Below, one piece after another: positions 1 through 9,300 of a stretch of DNA of 28,571 nucleotides. Every line of letters begins with the position of its first letter. Positions within the stretch are counted from its first letter, which is position 1. This DNA is from Candidatus Hermodarchaeota archaeon (GTDB taxonomy: Archaea; Asgardarchaeota; Lokiarchaeia; Sigyniarchaeales; SOKP01), in the NCBI GenBank assembly GCA_048885525.1, contig JBHLLP010000045.1, forward strand, positions 1 to 28,571, in the 5' to 3' direction. Made by a program: the position numbers and the translations under genes. Below the pieces are notes generated by a model that was not told the DNA's origin, did no database searches, and was given only the letters and a program-made list of their open reading frames with translations.

Positions 1-495
1 ATTCTTGATGAAGCTCTCCCTAATGCATTTACATTATTTTTAGGTCTGAGAACATATTCTATTATTTTATCAGTTGGTATATTTGAAAATTTGGATAATA
101 GTGAAATTAAAGCAGTTATAGCACATGAATTATTCCATATAAAGAATAGGGATGTATGGATAAAAGCACTTTTTATAATTAGTAGATTTATTTCTTTTCC
201 AATGGGCCCTCTTATTGAATCGTATGTATCTCGTTCAAGGGAAGTTCACGCAGATTTGGAGAGTTGTAGATTTACAAAAGATCCTTTATCACTTGCCTCA
301 GCTTTATTGAAAATGGTAAATTGTTATTATAAAAATCCTGACTTAGAATTCAATATAAATAATGTTTCAAAAAGCTTTTGGATTATAAATAATTCTCATA
401 AAAAAAAGAGAAATATCATAAGAAAACTACTGTCTAGGCACCCATTAATAGAAAACAGAATAAAAACATTAATGAGGTATAAGATAAAAGATTGA
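1..495 (+). CDS. M48 family (HtpX-like) zinc metalloprotease, 5'-truncated by the window edge
   Basis: Frame is open from base 1 (ILDEALPNAFTLF...). Contains PNAF, the HExxH motif AVIAHELFH, the third-ligand region SRSREVHAD, LASALLK and C-terminal LSRHP, all typical of M48. The ORF-track start at 91 is internal. Confidence 0.88.
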   Translation: MLDEALPNAFTLFLGLRTYSIILSVGIFENLDNSEIKAVIAHELFHIKNRDVWIKALFIISRFISFPMGPLIESYVSRSREVHADLESCRFTKDPLSLASALLKMVNCYYKNPDLEFNINNVSKSFWIINNSHKKKRNIIRKLLSRHPLIENRIKTLMRYKIKD

Positions 496-544
496 AGAGT
501 AAAGGTAAATTTAGCTTAAACTGGGTCTTAAAAATTGCTGTTAA

Positions 545-1687
545 TTATTTCCTTAATCTAGGAGGGGGGATAAAAACCTTTCTCATTCCTTCTTTTAACG
601 ATATTGCATTTTCGGGGCAAAAGTGAGTGCAAACTCCACAACCTATGCATAATTCTGCGTTCCTCCCTGCTTTATTATTATCATCGCCTTCTATAGCATC
701 TACAGGGCATTTTTCCATACAAGTACCACATCCAATACATTTATTCTTATCAATTTCAGATAAAAAATTAGTTGAATTTATCATAGCTGTAGAGCCTTGT
801 CTCCACCACTCAAACAATCCACAACAACATTTACAACAATTGCACATACTAGTTTCCGCTTTAGATATATCAGAATGAGGGTGCCAAACTTTATGAACTA
901 AACCATCCTCTTCAGATTTTTTTAAGAGAGTGATAGCTTCATCTTTGGATATCATTCTACCAAAACCTTGTTCTACGACATATTTAGCAGATTTACCAAA
1001 AGTAAAACAGTTTTCTCTAAGATTTGTTTGTTTACATGAATCCGATAATAAATCGTGATGTTGTCTACAAAAACAATGTCCTACAGCAATTTCATTAAAC
1101 TTTTCTATTATTTCTTCTACTTTTTGAGTCGTGACTACTTGCTCCTCTGGAATTTCCAATTCCTTATCAATCATTATCTGAATTTCTTCTCCCTCTATAT
1201 TGTTATCTAAAAATGGAACAGTCCGATCAAAAGGACGCATCCTTTGAAATATAGGTAGAATTGTATCATAATTTTTTTGAACAAATTCTGCTAATTCATC
1301 AAATAATTGAGCAAATAGTTTCGCGATTTCTTTGTTTTCCTCAGAAAATTTAATCTCTTTCATAAATGTGTACTCGAAGGCTCCAAACATAATTAAAGGC
1401 ATTAATCTATAAACTAATACACCCTTAGAATTAGGTTGATTAAACATAAATCCTATCTTAGCTAACTTTTTTCCATGAGTCTTTATTTCATTCTCAGTCA
1501 TTTTACTACTTATTTTTAATTCTTCCATAGTTTGGGAAGGTTTTCTTTTAAAAGCCATGATGAAATCTAAATCCTTTTCATCAATCAGCAATTTTAATAG
1601 TTTTAGCATTGTATCATTTATAGGAAATGGAATAAAACCTGCTTTTACAATAGTTCTTGCTGCATTTCGATATTTTTGTTCTGACAT
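545..1687 (-). CDS. 4Fe-4S dicluster (ferredoxin) domain protein with Cys-rich central domain
   Basis: C-terminal CIGCGTCMEKCP and CIGCGVCTHFCP (two CxxCxxCxxxCP motifs). Central CFCR...C...C and CNCCKCCC. ATG at 1687 (MSEQKY) preferred over the non-ATG start at 1696. Confidence 0.85.
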   Translation of the reverse strand: MSEQKYRNAARTIVKAGFIPFPINDTMLKLLKLLIDEKDLDFIMAFKRKPSQTMEELKISSKMTENEIKTHGKKLAKIGFMFNQPNSKGVLVYRLMPLIMFGAFEYTFMKEIKFSEENKEIAKLFAQLFDELAEFVQKNYDTILPIFQRMRPFDRTVPFLDNNIEGEEIQIMIDKELEIPEEQVVTTQKVEEIIEKFNEIAVGHCFCRQHHDLLSDSCKQTNLRENCFTFGKSAKYVVEQGFGRMISKDEAITLLKKSEEDGLVHKVWHPHSDISKAETSMCNCCKCCCGLFEWWRQGSTAMINSTNFLSEIDKNKCIGCGTCMEKCPVDAIEGDDNNKAGRNAELCIGCGVCTHFCPENAISLKEGMRKVFIPPPRLRK

Positions 1688-1864
1688 TTTTTTCAATAAT
1701 ATCTTTTTTCTGAAAAAGCAGAATCTAAGAATGTTTTTATCTATTTTGATTTAAAATAAATAATTAATAATGATTTAAATTATAGTTCAATTTTATAATC
1801 ATTAAGAAAAAAATTATAAGAACCAATTTTATTTTGAATTTTAACGGATTTTAAGAAAGGAGTT

Positions 1865-2440
1865 ATGAAAATGAGCCATACAAATATCAAACTTGCCTTG
1901 AAAAACGATGCAAAATTGATATATACTTCTTTAAATAAACGAACGGAATTCTATTTAGTAGTTCAGAATTTTGAATCTCGGTATCTTCCTCAAGTGAGGG
2001 TAGTTTTATCGGGACCTCCTGAAATTAAACTATTAATTAAATTAGAACGGTATGGGGGAATTTCCAGGGGAGGAAAGAAAAGTCGTCTTTTTACAATTAT
2101 TCCTAAATCCGAAGGAATTTTTACATTAACAGCACTCCTTTATTCAGGAAAATATGAAATGTTAACTTTACCTATTGAAGTTAGAGTAGGAAATCTTCAA
2201 GCTCAACATAGACCAATAATACAGCAAGCTATACCTGAAGTAAAAAAACAAATAAAACAAATAAATTGCCCCTTTTGTCATGAAAAAATTGATGATGATG
2301 CAAAATTCTGCTCTCATTGTGGTTCTAATTTAACTGAAAAAGAAAATGAAAAGAAAAAAACTAAAATATGTTACAATTGTGGTCAAGAGTTGCCAAAAGA
2401 AGCTAAATTTTGTGCTAAATGTGGAGAAAAGTTAATCTAA
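1865..2440 (+). CDS. Double zinc-ribbon protein with N-terminal beta-sandwich-like domain
   Basis: CPFC..AKFCSHCG and CYNCG..AKFCAKCG zinc ribbons. N-terminal alternating beta-strand pattern. AAGGAG SD-like sequence just upstream of the ATG. Confidence 0.8.
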   Translation: MKMSHTNIKLALKNDAKLIYTSLNKRTEFYLVVQNFESRYLPQVRVVLSGPPEIKLLIKLERYGGISRGGKKSRLFTIIPKSEGIFTLTALLYSGKYEMLTLPIEVRVGNLQAQHRPIIQQAIPEVKKQIKQINCPFCHEKIDDDAKFCSHCGSNLTEKENEKKKTKICYNCGQELPKEAKFCAKCGEKLI

Positions 2441-2627
2441 TTCTTTTTGAATTCTACTTATAAGAATAATATCCTTTTAATACTTATGAAAGTTTAATAA
2501 ATGAAAATTTTGAATATCTCTCTATTTCCTCCAACAAATAATTACTTGGTTAATAATTAAAGTTAAAATTAGTAATTAACGTAAATAGTTTATATTAAGA
2601 ATTAAGATTGATGAATATTGGCTTAAA

Positions 2628-3947
2628 ATGGTAAATTGCTTGATTATTGGGCATGGCGCAAGGGAACATGTCATTGGGGAAGCCCTTGTTAATGGTGGTG
2701 CAAATCTATTTTCATTCATGAGTTTTAAAAATGCTGGATTAGAAGATCTTAGTAAAAGTGTTAAAATTCACTCTGAAACAGATTTCAAACAAATAATTGA
2801 ATATTGCAAAGAAAAAAGTATTGATTTTGTTGTCATTGGACCTGAAGCTCCCTTAGTAGTAGGAATTGTTGATGCTCTCGAAAAAGGAGGTTTTCCATGT
2901 GTAGGACCTCGAATTGAAGCAGCACAATTAGAAGGATCTAAAGTCTTTACTCGAGAATTACTTGATAAGTATAACATCCAATCAAATGTTAAAAGTAAAA
3001 TGTTTGATTCAATGAATGAAGTCCAGGACTTCATTAAGGATATGGGAGAAGAAAATATCGTTGTAAAGCCAGAAGGTCTAACAGGAGGTAAGGGAGTTAA
3101 AGTATATGGGGATCACCTCTTTTCAGAAGAGGATATTTTAAATTACTGTGAAGAATTAATTAATCAAAATAGCAGATTTCTCTTAGAAGAGAAATGTGAT
3201 GGTGAAGAATTTACTCTTCAAACATTTGTTGATGGAAAGAATGTTCTTGGCTCACCTTTAGTTCAAGATCACAAAAGAGCTTATGTTGGCGATAAGGGTC
3301 CAAATACAGGAGGGATGGGTTCTTATTCTATGGAAGATCATCTTATGCCCTTTATTACTCAAGAAGATGTCAATCAAGCACTTGAGGATATGAAAAAAAC
3401 TGTGGTAGCAGTTAACAAAGAAACTGGAGTTAAATATAAAGGATTTTTATATGGTCAATTCATGAAAACAGCAAAAGGATTAAAATTAATTGAATTTAAT
3501 TCTCGATGGGGAGATCCTGAGGCCATGAATGTTTTACCCTTACTTAAGGGAAATTTTGTAGATATCTGTTGGGCAATTATCAATGGAAATTTAGCTCAAA
3601 AGTATCAATTTGAAAAAAAAGCTACCGTATGTAAATATTTAGCACCTGAAGGATATCCTGTTAATCCTAAAAAAGATGAGCCTATTGAAATAAATAAAGA
3701 GAAACTTAAAAAAACCGGGGCGAAATATTATTATGCTTCAGTCTATCGAGATGGTGAAATGATATATACTACAACTTCAAGAGCAATGGGTATATTAGGA
3801 ATTGCCGATTCTTTAGAAAAGGCTGAAAAGATTGCTGAAGCTGGGGTAAAGTGTATTAGCGGCAAACTTTTTCATAGAAAGGATGTGGGCACAAGAAAGT
3901 TATTACAAAAACGGATTGAACACATGAATTCTATTTTAAATATATAA
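2628..3947 (+). CDS. purD: Phosphoribosylamine--glycine ligase
   Basis: IIGHGAREH, VIGPEAPL, AAQLEGSK, VVKPEGLTGGKGV, QDHKRAYVGDKGPNTGGMGSYS, IEFNSRWGDPE: full set of PurD motifs, archaeal type. Confidence 0.97.
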   Translation: MVNCLIIGHGAREHVIGEALVNGGANLFSFMSFKNAGLEDLSKSVKIHSETDFKQIIEYCKEKSIDFVVIGPEAPLVVGIVDALEKGGFPCVGPRIEAAQLEGSKVFTRELLDKYNIQSNVKSKMFDSMNEVQDFIKDMGEENIVVKPEGLTGGKGVKVYGDHLFSEEDILNYCEELINQNSRFLLEEKCDGEEFTLQTFVDGKNVLGSPLVQDHKRAYVGDKGPNTGGMGSYSMEDHLMPFITQEDVNQALEDMKKTVVAVNKETGVKYKGFLYGQFMKTAKGLKLIEFNSRWGDPEAMNVLPLLKGNFVDICWAIINGNLAQKYQFEKKATVCKYLAPEGYPVNPKKDEPIEINKEKLKKTGAKYYYASVYRDGEMIYTTTSRAMGILGIADSLEKAEKIAEAGVKCISGKLFHRKDVGTRKLLQKRIEHMNSILNI

Positions 3948-4043
3948 TAATAGTTATTTATTTTGTAGTTTAATTATTTATTAGACTTTTATATTCTATA
4001 ATCATTCAACTATAATTCTACCTTAATTTGATATTTTTTAATT

Positions 4044-4526
4044 ATGAATTGGCATGAAAAAAATGCAGAATTCAACGCATTAATAAGACAACTCTTTCAT
4101 GATGTTGACTGGCAAAAAAGAGCAGAAGCCGCGAGAAAACTCGGGTTATTAAAAGATGGAAGAGCTACAAATTTATTATGTAGAGCTCTTAGATCTGAGA
4201 AAGATCATATCGTTGTTAATAAAATAATAGAAGCTTTAGGACGAATTAGAGATGGAAGAGCAACCTTAAGAATCATAGAGCAACTTAAGGAGGAACAAGA
4301 AAAGTACGAACCCGATAAGTACCGGATTATATATATAATAGAAAGTTTAACAAAAATCAAAGATCGGAGAGCATTATCATATTTAGGGCCACTATTAAAT
4401 TCATCTGATAATGATATTAAAAATTTAGCTTTAAAAGCCTTTAATACGATCGAACCAGATTGGAAAGAAATAATTGAACGAGAAAGAAATAAGTCAATTC
4501 AAGAAATTTTCAGATTAAGAGATTAA
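4044..4526 (+). CDS. HEAT-repeat (PBS lyase-like) protein
   Basis: Three to four repeats: RAEAARKLGLLKDGRAT, IIEALGRIRDGRAT, IIESLTKIKDRRAL. Confidence 0.85.
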   Translation: MNWHEKNAEFNALIRQLFHDVDWQKRAEAARKLGLLKDGRATNLLCRALRSEKDHIVVNKIIEALGRIRDGRATLRIIEQLKEEQEKYEPDKYRIIYIIESLTKIKDRRALSYLGPLLNSSDNDIKNLALKAFNTIEPDWKEIIERERNKSIQEIFRLRD

Positions 4527-4634
4527 TGCAAATATTCTTCTCTTCAATAATAAATTTTCAATCAGTAAGTTTTAATCATTTCAACTTTTTATATCATAAA
4601 TTATTTTTAAAAATTCTTTAAAAGGAAGGTCTTT

Positions 4635-5747
4635 TTGAATAAAAAAAAATTAGCTTGTTGTTGGGACTTGGAGGGACCTATTAGTGTTATCGATTTTGCT
4701 GCGGAACTAGGAAAAAAATTAAGTAAAAAATCAGATTTGAATCTATATGAATATGATATGGGCGAATTTTTTAGAATGATTTCTAATTATGATGATTATA
4801 TTATTAAGATGCCTGGAGTTAAAGAAAAATTAAATATCCCTGAATATCAACCAGGGGATACGCTTAGATTAATGGCTCCATTGTACGCATCATGCTTTAC
4901 AGACGAAGATTTAATAAATTTTACTAAAAATAACCTGGGCTTGTTACCAGGATGTAGAGAATTAATGAAAGTTTTACAAAAAGACTGGGATATATTCATA
5001 ATTTCTACAAGTTACACACATTTTGCTCATAATGTAACCACAACCTTGGAAATTCCAAAAGATCATGTATATTGTACAGATTTGAATATACAACAATTAA
5101 AAAAAGAAATATCAAATATTGAAGAATCTGTAAATATACTGATACGGGAGATATATGAAAAATATCTTGCTAATAACAAAAGTCTTGATAGTATTATTGA
5201 AGATTTAAATGAATTTTTCTGGATGGGGCCAGAATCTGACTATATAAGGATTATGAATCAAATAGAAGTTAGAGGTGGAAAAAGAAAAGAATTAGCAGTT
5301 GAGGAAATATCTGAAAGAACTGGTATTCCAATTTCAGAAATGATAGCCTTAGGAGATTCAATTACTGATATTAATATGCTTCAAAGATTAAGTGATGAAG
5401 GTGGTATATCGGTATCGTTTAATGGAAATAGATTTAGTGTTGAAAGAGCTAATGTAGCCCTTACCACAACAAATAATTTGGGTGCATTACCTCTTTTCCA
5501 ACAAAAAGAAGCCATAAAACAATTTTTAGAACATTGGGAAATCTGCTTTAAAAACTTCCAAAATTATCCTAAAAATATTCCTGATGATTTAATCTCAAAA
5601 GAATGTAAAGAATACTTTATAAAATATAATTTCATACCCGAGATTATAAATTTAACAAATAAATCAAAAGAGCAAATCAATGATATAATTTCAAGGCAGG
5701 AAAATATGAGAAAATTTATGAGAGGATGGGCAAGCAAATTAGGTTAG
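4635..5747 (+). CDS. HAD-superfamily hydrolase (COG4030/EhaR-like)
   Basis: Motif I variant WDLEGPIS, YQPGDTL, motif II IISTSY, motif III K (GGKRK), motif IV ALGDSITD, VSFNGN. TTG start preceded by GGAAGG. Confidence 0.75.
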   Translation: MNKKKLACCWDLEGPISVIDFAAELGKKLSKKSDLNLYEYDMGEFFRMISNYDDYIIKMPGVKEKLNIPEYQPGDTLRLMAPLYASCFTDEDLINFTKNNLGLLPGCRELMKVLQKDWDIFIISTSYTHFAHNVTTTLEIPKDHVYCTDLNIQQLKKEISNIEESVNILIREIYEKYLANNKSLDSIIEDLNEFFWMGPESDYIRIMNQIEVRGGKRKELAVEEISERTGIPISEMIALGDSITDINMLQRLSDEGGISVSFNGNRFSVERANVALTTTNNLGALPLFQQKEAIKQFLEHWEICFKNFQNYPKNIPDDLISKECKEYFIKYNFIPEIINLTNKSKEQINDIISRQENMRKFMRGWASKLG

Positions 5748-5926
5748 ATTTGACTATTATAATTTGTTTTTTATTATTCTACTCAGTAGAAATTAATTTT
5801 ATTGAATTCTAAATAGATAAAAATTATATTTTAAAATAACTAATTTTTTCATAAGAAAGGATAAATTTTCTATTATTCTATTTAAATATTAAAATCCTAA
5901 AATGTTTAATGGGGTAATTATAATAG

Positions 5927-8900
5927 ATGACAAGCACTTTCGAAAGTTACAGTAAAATTGGTCAGATTTTTTCTGAAAATATTGATGATCTTGTATTTAT
6001 AGTTAATGATCATCATCAATGTGAGTATACTAATTTTGAAACTTTTACTGAAAAGAAAAAAATTAATGAATTTATTCATCCAAATGATTTTAAGCGAGTA
6101 AATAAACTTTTAAAAGATATCTTTAGGACTGATTATGGAATAGAAGAGGTTCAAATCAAATATAAAGATAAACCATTTAAATGGTTTGAAATAAAGGGAA
6201 ACGGTTTCATAGATAACGAAGATAATAAAAAAAAAGCTATTTTAATCGGTAGAGAAATAACAAAATTTAAAAATCTCGAGTTTGAAATAAAAAAGAGCCA
6301 AGCTCGTTTTGGTGAGCTAGCTGATTATGTACCGGAAATACAATTTTGGAAACTTCTTCAAACAAGAGAGGGTAAAAGTGTTGTACAGAAGACTAGAGAA
6401 ATGTTAGAAATAGTATTGGATAATATACCTCAACTTATCTATTGGAAAGATAAAAATTTAGTTTATATAGGGTGTAATAAGAATTTTGCGCTCTTAAATA
6501 AGATTAGTGAACCAACAAGTATTATCGGAAGCACTGATGAAGATCTAATTTGGCTGAAAGAAGATGTAAAATCGATAAAATACAAGGAAAATCAAGTAAT
6601 GAAAAATGATAGTGCTGAATATAATGCTATAGAATCATTATCTATTACTGATGATCAGCAAACATGGTTTGAAGTTAATAGGATTCCTTTACATAATCCA
6701 AAAGGTGAAGTAGTTGGTATTTTAGTAACCTATGAAGATATTACAATACGTAAAATAGCAGAAGAAAGATTAAAAGAATCCGAAGAGAAATATCGAGGGA
6801 TCCTTGATAATATTAAAGAAACTTATTTTGAAGTCGATTTAAAAGGAAATTTTACATTTTTCAATCACGCTCTTATTGAACTTATTGGATATTCAAAAAA
6901 TGAATTACTAGGTGCAAATTATCGTAATTTTGTTGACGAAGAAAATAAGAATAAAATTTTTAAAGTCTATAATGAAGTATATCGAACATCTATGCCAAAA
7001 TCTGATTTTCAATTTCAATTTCCGAAAAAAAATGGAGATTTAATAACATGTGAATCTTCAGTATATTTGATTTACGATTCTGAGGGCAATAAAATTGGCT
7101 TTAGCGGCTTAGCAAGAGATATTACAGAGAAATTCCTATTAGAACAAAAAATAAAAGACTCTGAGACAAAATATCGTCATCTCTTTGAAAATTCTCCATA
7201 TTCTATTTTGGTAATTGATAGAAAAGGATTCATAATTGATTGTAATCCAGTTACAGAGAAATTATTTAATAGAAAAATTGAAAGTTTAATAAATAAAAAT
7301 TTTTTAGATGTAAGTATCAAACCTGAAAAGACATTACCTTTATTTAAACAAAGATATCAATCTATTTTAAGTGGAATTGTCCCCGAACCACTTGAAGTTC
7401 AAATTACTAGATCAAAAAGTGCAGGGTTAATATGGATTAGTATTGATGATACTCTCGTAGAAATTGGGGGTGAGACATTCTTTCAAGTTATAATACAAGA
7501 TATTACAGAAAAAAAACTAGCTGAACAAGAATTAAAGAAATCACAAGAAGAATTACAAATATTAAATAGAGAATTAGAGCAAAAAGTTATAGAAAGGACT
7601 AAGGACCTAATAGAATCTGAACAACAATATCGTACGACAATCGATTCATTAAATGATCCTTTACATGTAATTGATAAAGAATTAAGAATTATGCTTTTAA
7701 ACAAGGAACTTAAAAAATGGCTTTATAATTTAAATATTGACTCAAATATCTTAGGTAGGAAACACCCTGAAGCGTTTCCCTTTTTACCGGATAAAGTTTA
7801 TGAAGAATATCGCGAAGTTTTCGAAACTGGGAAGTCATTAATTACGATCGAAACTACTCTATTACCAAATTTTGATGTTATTACTGAGACTCGAAAAATA
7901 CCAATATTTAGTGAAGGTAAAGTTAGTCAAATAATCACTATTATTAGAGATATCAGTGAACGTAAAAAAATGGAAGATCAATTGAAAGAATCTGAAAGGA
8001 ATTTTAGAAATATGATAACTAATTTAGATGAAGGATACTATAAAACAGATATTGACGGAAATATATTATATCATAATCCAGCATTCAATAATATCAGTGG
8101 ATTTGCACCTGATGAAAAATTAATAGGAAAAACAATTAAAAATTTATGGGAAAACCTTGAAGATAGTGAGAATTATATAGCTGAATTAATGAAAAATGGA
8201 TTTATTAGAAATTACATAGTACGTGTTAAAAAATTTAATAGAGATAAGATAATTATACAAATAAACGCTCATCTAATAAGAGATGAGAATGGTAACCCAA
8301 TAGCGATTGAAGGAACATTTAATGATATTACTGAGAAATTTAGATTGGAACAGGAATTAAAAGAATCTGAAAAGAAATTAAGACAACAGAATATCGAATT
8401 GAGAAAACTTGATGAAGTGAAAAACGATTTCATAACAATGGCCACTCATGAATTAAAAACACCATTAATTTCAATTTCAGGTTATACCGATTATATTTTG
8501 ATGAAATATAGAAATCAAATAAATGCTGAAATTACAACAGACTTGCTAACAGTACAGAGAAACGTAAATCGATTAGAAATGCTAATGGATCAGCTTTTAG
8601 ATGTTCTAAAAATTGACGAAAATGAATTAAAATTACAAAAGGAATCTGTTAATGTCAGTAAAATCATTAATGATTGTCTTGATGAATTAAGTTATTTGAT
8701 CAATGAAAAGAATCTTGAGATAATACTAAATATCAATCATGAAATTATATTAAATATTGATCAAGCACGGATTTTCACAGTTTTTACTAATTTGATTTTA
8801 AATGCAATTAAATTTACACCTGATTATGGGTGGATAAAAATATCTTCTAAAAAAAAAGATAATCATTATACTTTTGAAATTAAAGATAATGGAATTGGAT

Positions 8901-9109
8901 TAGCTCAAAATGAGATAAACCGATTATTTAAAAAATTTGAAAGAATAAAACCACCAATTATTAATGATCATCTTCATATTAAGGACTCTGGAACTGGATT
9001 AGGCCTTTATATTACTAAAGGGATTATATCAGCCCATGGAGGTAAAATTTGGGCAAGTTCGGAAGGAATAAATAAAGGTTCATCATTTTCTTTTACAATA
9101 CCAATATAA
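5927..9109 (+). CDS. Cytoplasmic multi-PAS sensor histidine kinase
   Basis: About six PAS/PAC units (ending EIT/DIT/DIS, linked by ESExxYR coils). H-box ATHELKTPL, N-box NLILNAIKFT, G1 DNGIG, G2 GTGLGL. No TM segment. Confidence 0.95.
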   Translation: MTSTFESYSKIGQIFSENIDDLVFIVNDHHQCEYTNFETFTEKKKINEFIHPNDFKRVNKLLKDIFRTDYGIEEVQIKYKDKPFKWFEIKGNGFIDNEDNKKKAILIGREITKFKNLEFEIKKSQARFGELADYVPEIQFWKLLQTREGKSVVQKTREMLEIVLDNIPQLIYWKDKNLVYIGCNKNFALLNKISEPTSIIGSTDEDLIWLKEDVKSIKYKENQVMKNDSAEYNAIESLSITDDQQTWFEVNRIPLHNPKGEVVGILVTYEDITIRKIAEERLKESEEKYRGILDNIKETYFEVDLKGNFTFFNHALIELIGYSKNELLGANYRNFVDEENKNKIFKVYNEVYRTSMPKSDFQFQFPKKNGDLITCESSVYLIYDSEGNKIGFSGLARDITEKFLLEQKIKDSETKYRHLFENSPYSILVIDRKGFIIDCNPVTEKLFNRKIESLINKNFLDVSIKPEKTLPLFKQRYQSILSGIVPEPLEVQITRSKSAGLIWISIDDTLVEIGGETFFQVIIQDITEKKLAEQELKKSQEELQILNRELEQKVIERTKDLIESEQQYRTTIDSLNDPLHVIDKELRIMLLNKELKKWLYNLNIDSNILGRKHPEAFPFLPDKVYEEYREVFETGKSLITIETTLLPNFDVITETRKIPIFSEGKVSQIITIIRDISERKKMEDQLKESERNFRNMITNLDEGYYKTDIDGNILYHNPAFNNISGFAPDEKLIGKTIKNLWENLEDSENYIAELMKNGFIRNYIVRVKKFNRDKIIIQINAHLIRDENGNPIAIEGTFNDITEKFRLEQELKESEKKLRQQNIELRKLDEVKNDFITMATHELKTPLISISGYTDYILMKYRNQINAEITTDLLTVQRNVNRLEMLMDQLLDVLKIDENELKLQKESVNVSKIINDCLDELSYLINEKNLEIILNINHEIILNIDQARIFTVFTNLILNAIKFTPDYGWIKISSKKKDNHYTFEIKDNGIGLAQNEINRLFKKFERIKPPIINDHLHIKDSGTGLGLYITKGIISAHGGKIWASSEGINKGSSFSFTIPI

Positions 9110-9300
9110 ATTTTATTTTATCTTCAAATTTTTAGGCTAAAACATTTTATTGATATCTTGAATTATATTACAGCAATTACAATTCTATATGCATTAATTT
9201 TTTTTTAATAATAACCAGAAATTTATTTAACTGTAATGATATATTATTATTCTTTCAGAAATTAACATTGAGTATTCCATTTAAAGTTTTAAAAATCAAA

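Noticed and set aside
5775-5792. TCTAC-TCA-GTAGA resembles the stem of a Cas12a-type CRISPR repeat
   Set aside because: Single copy, no spacers, no cas genes in the window.
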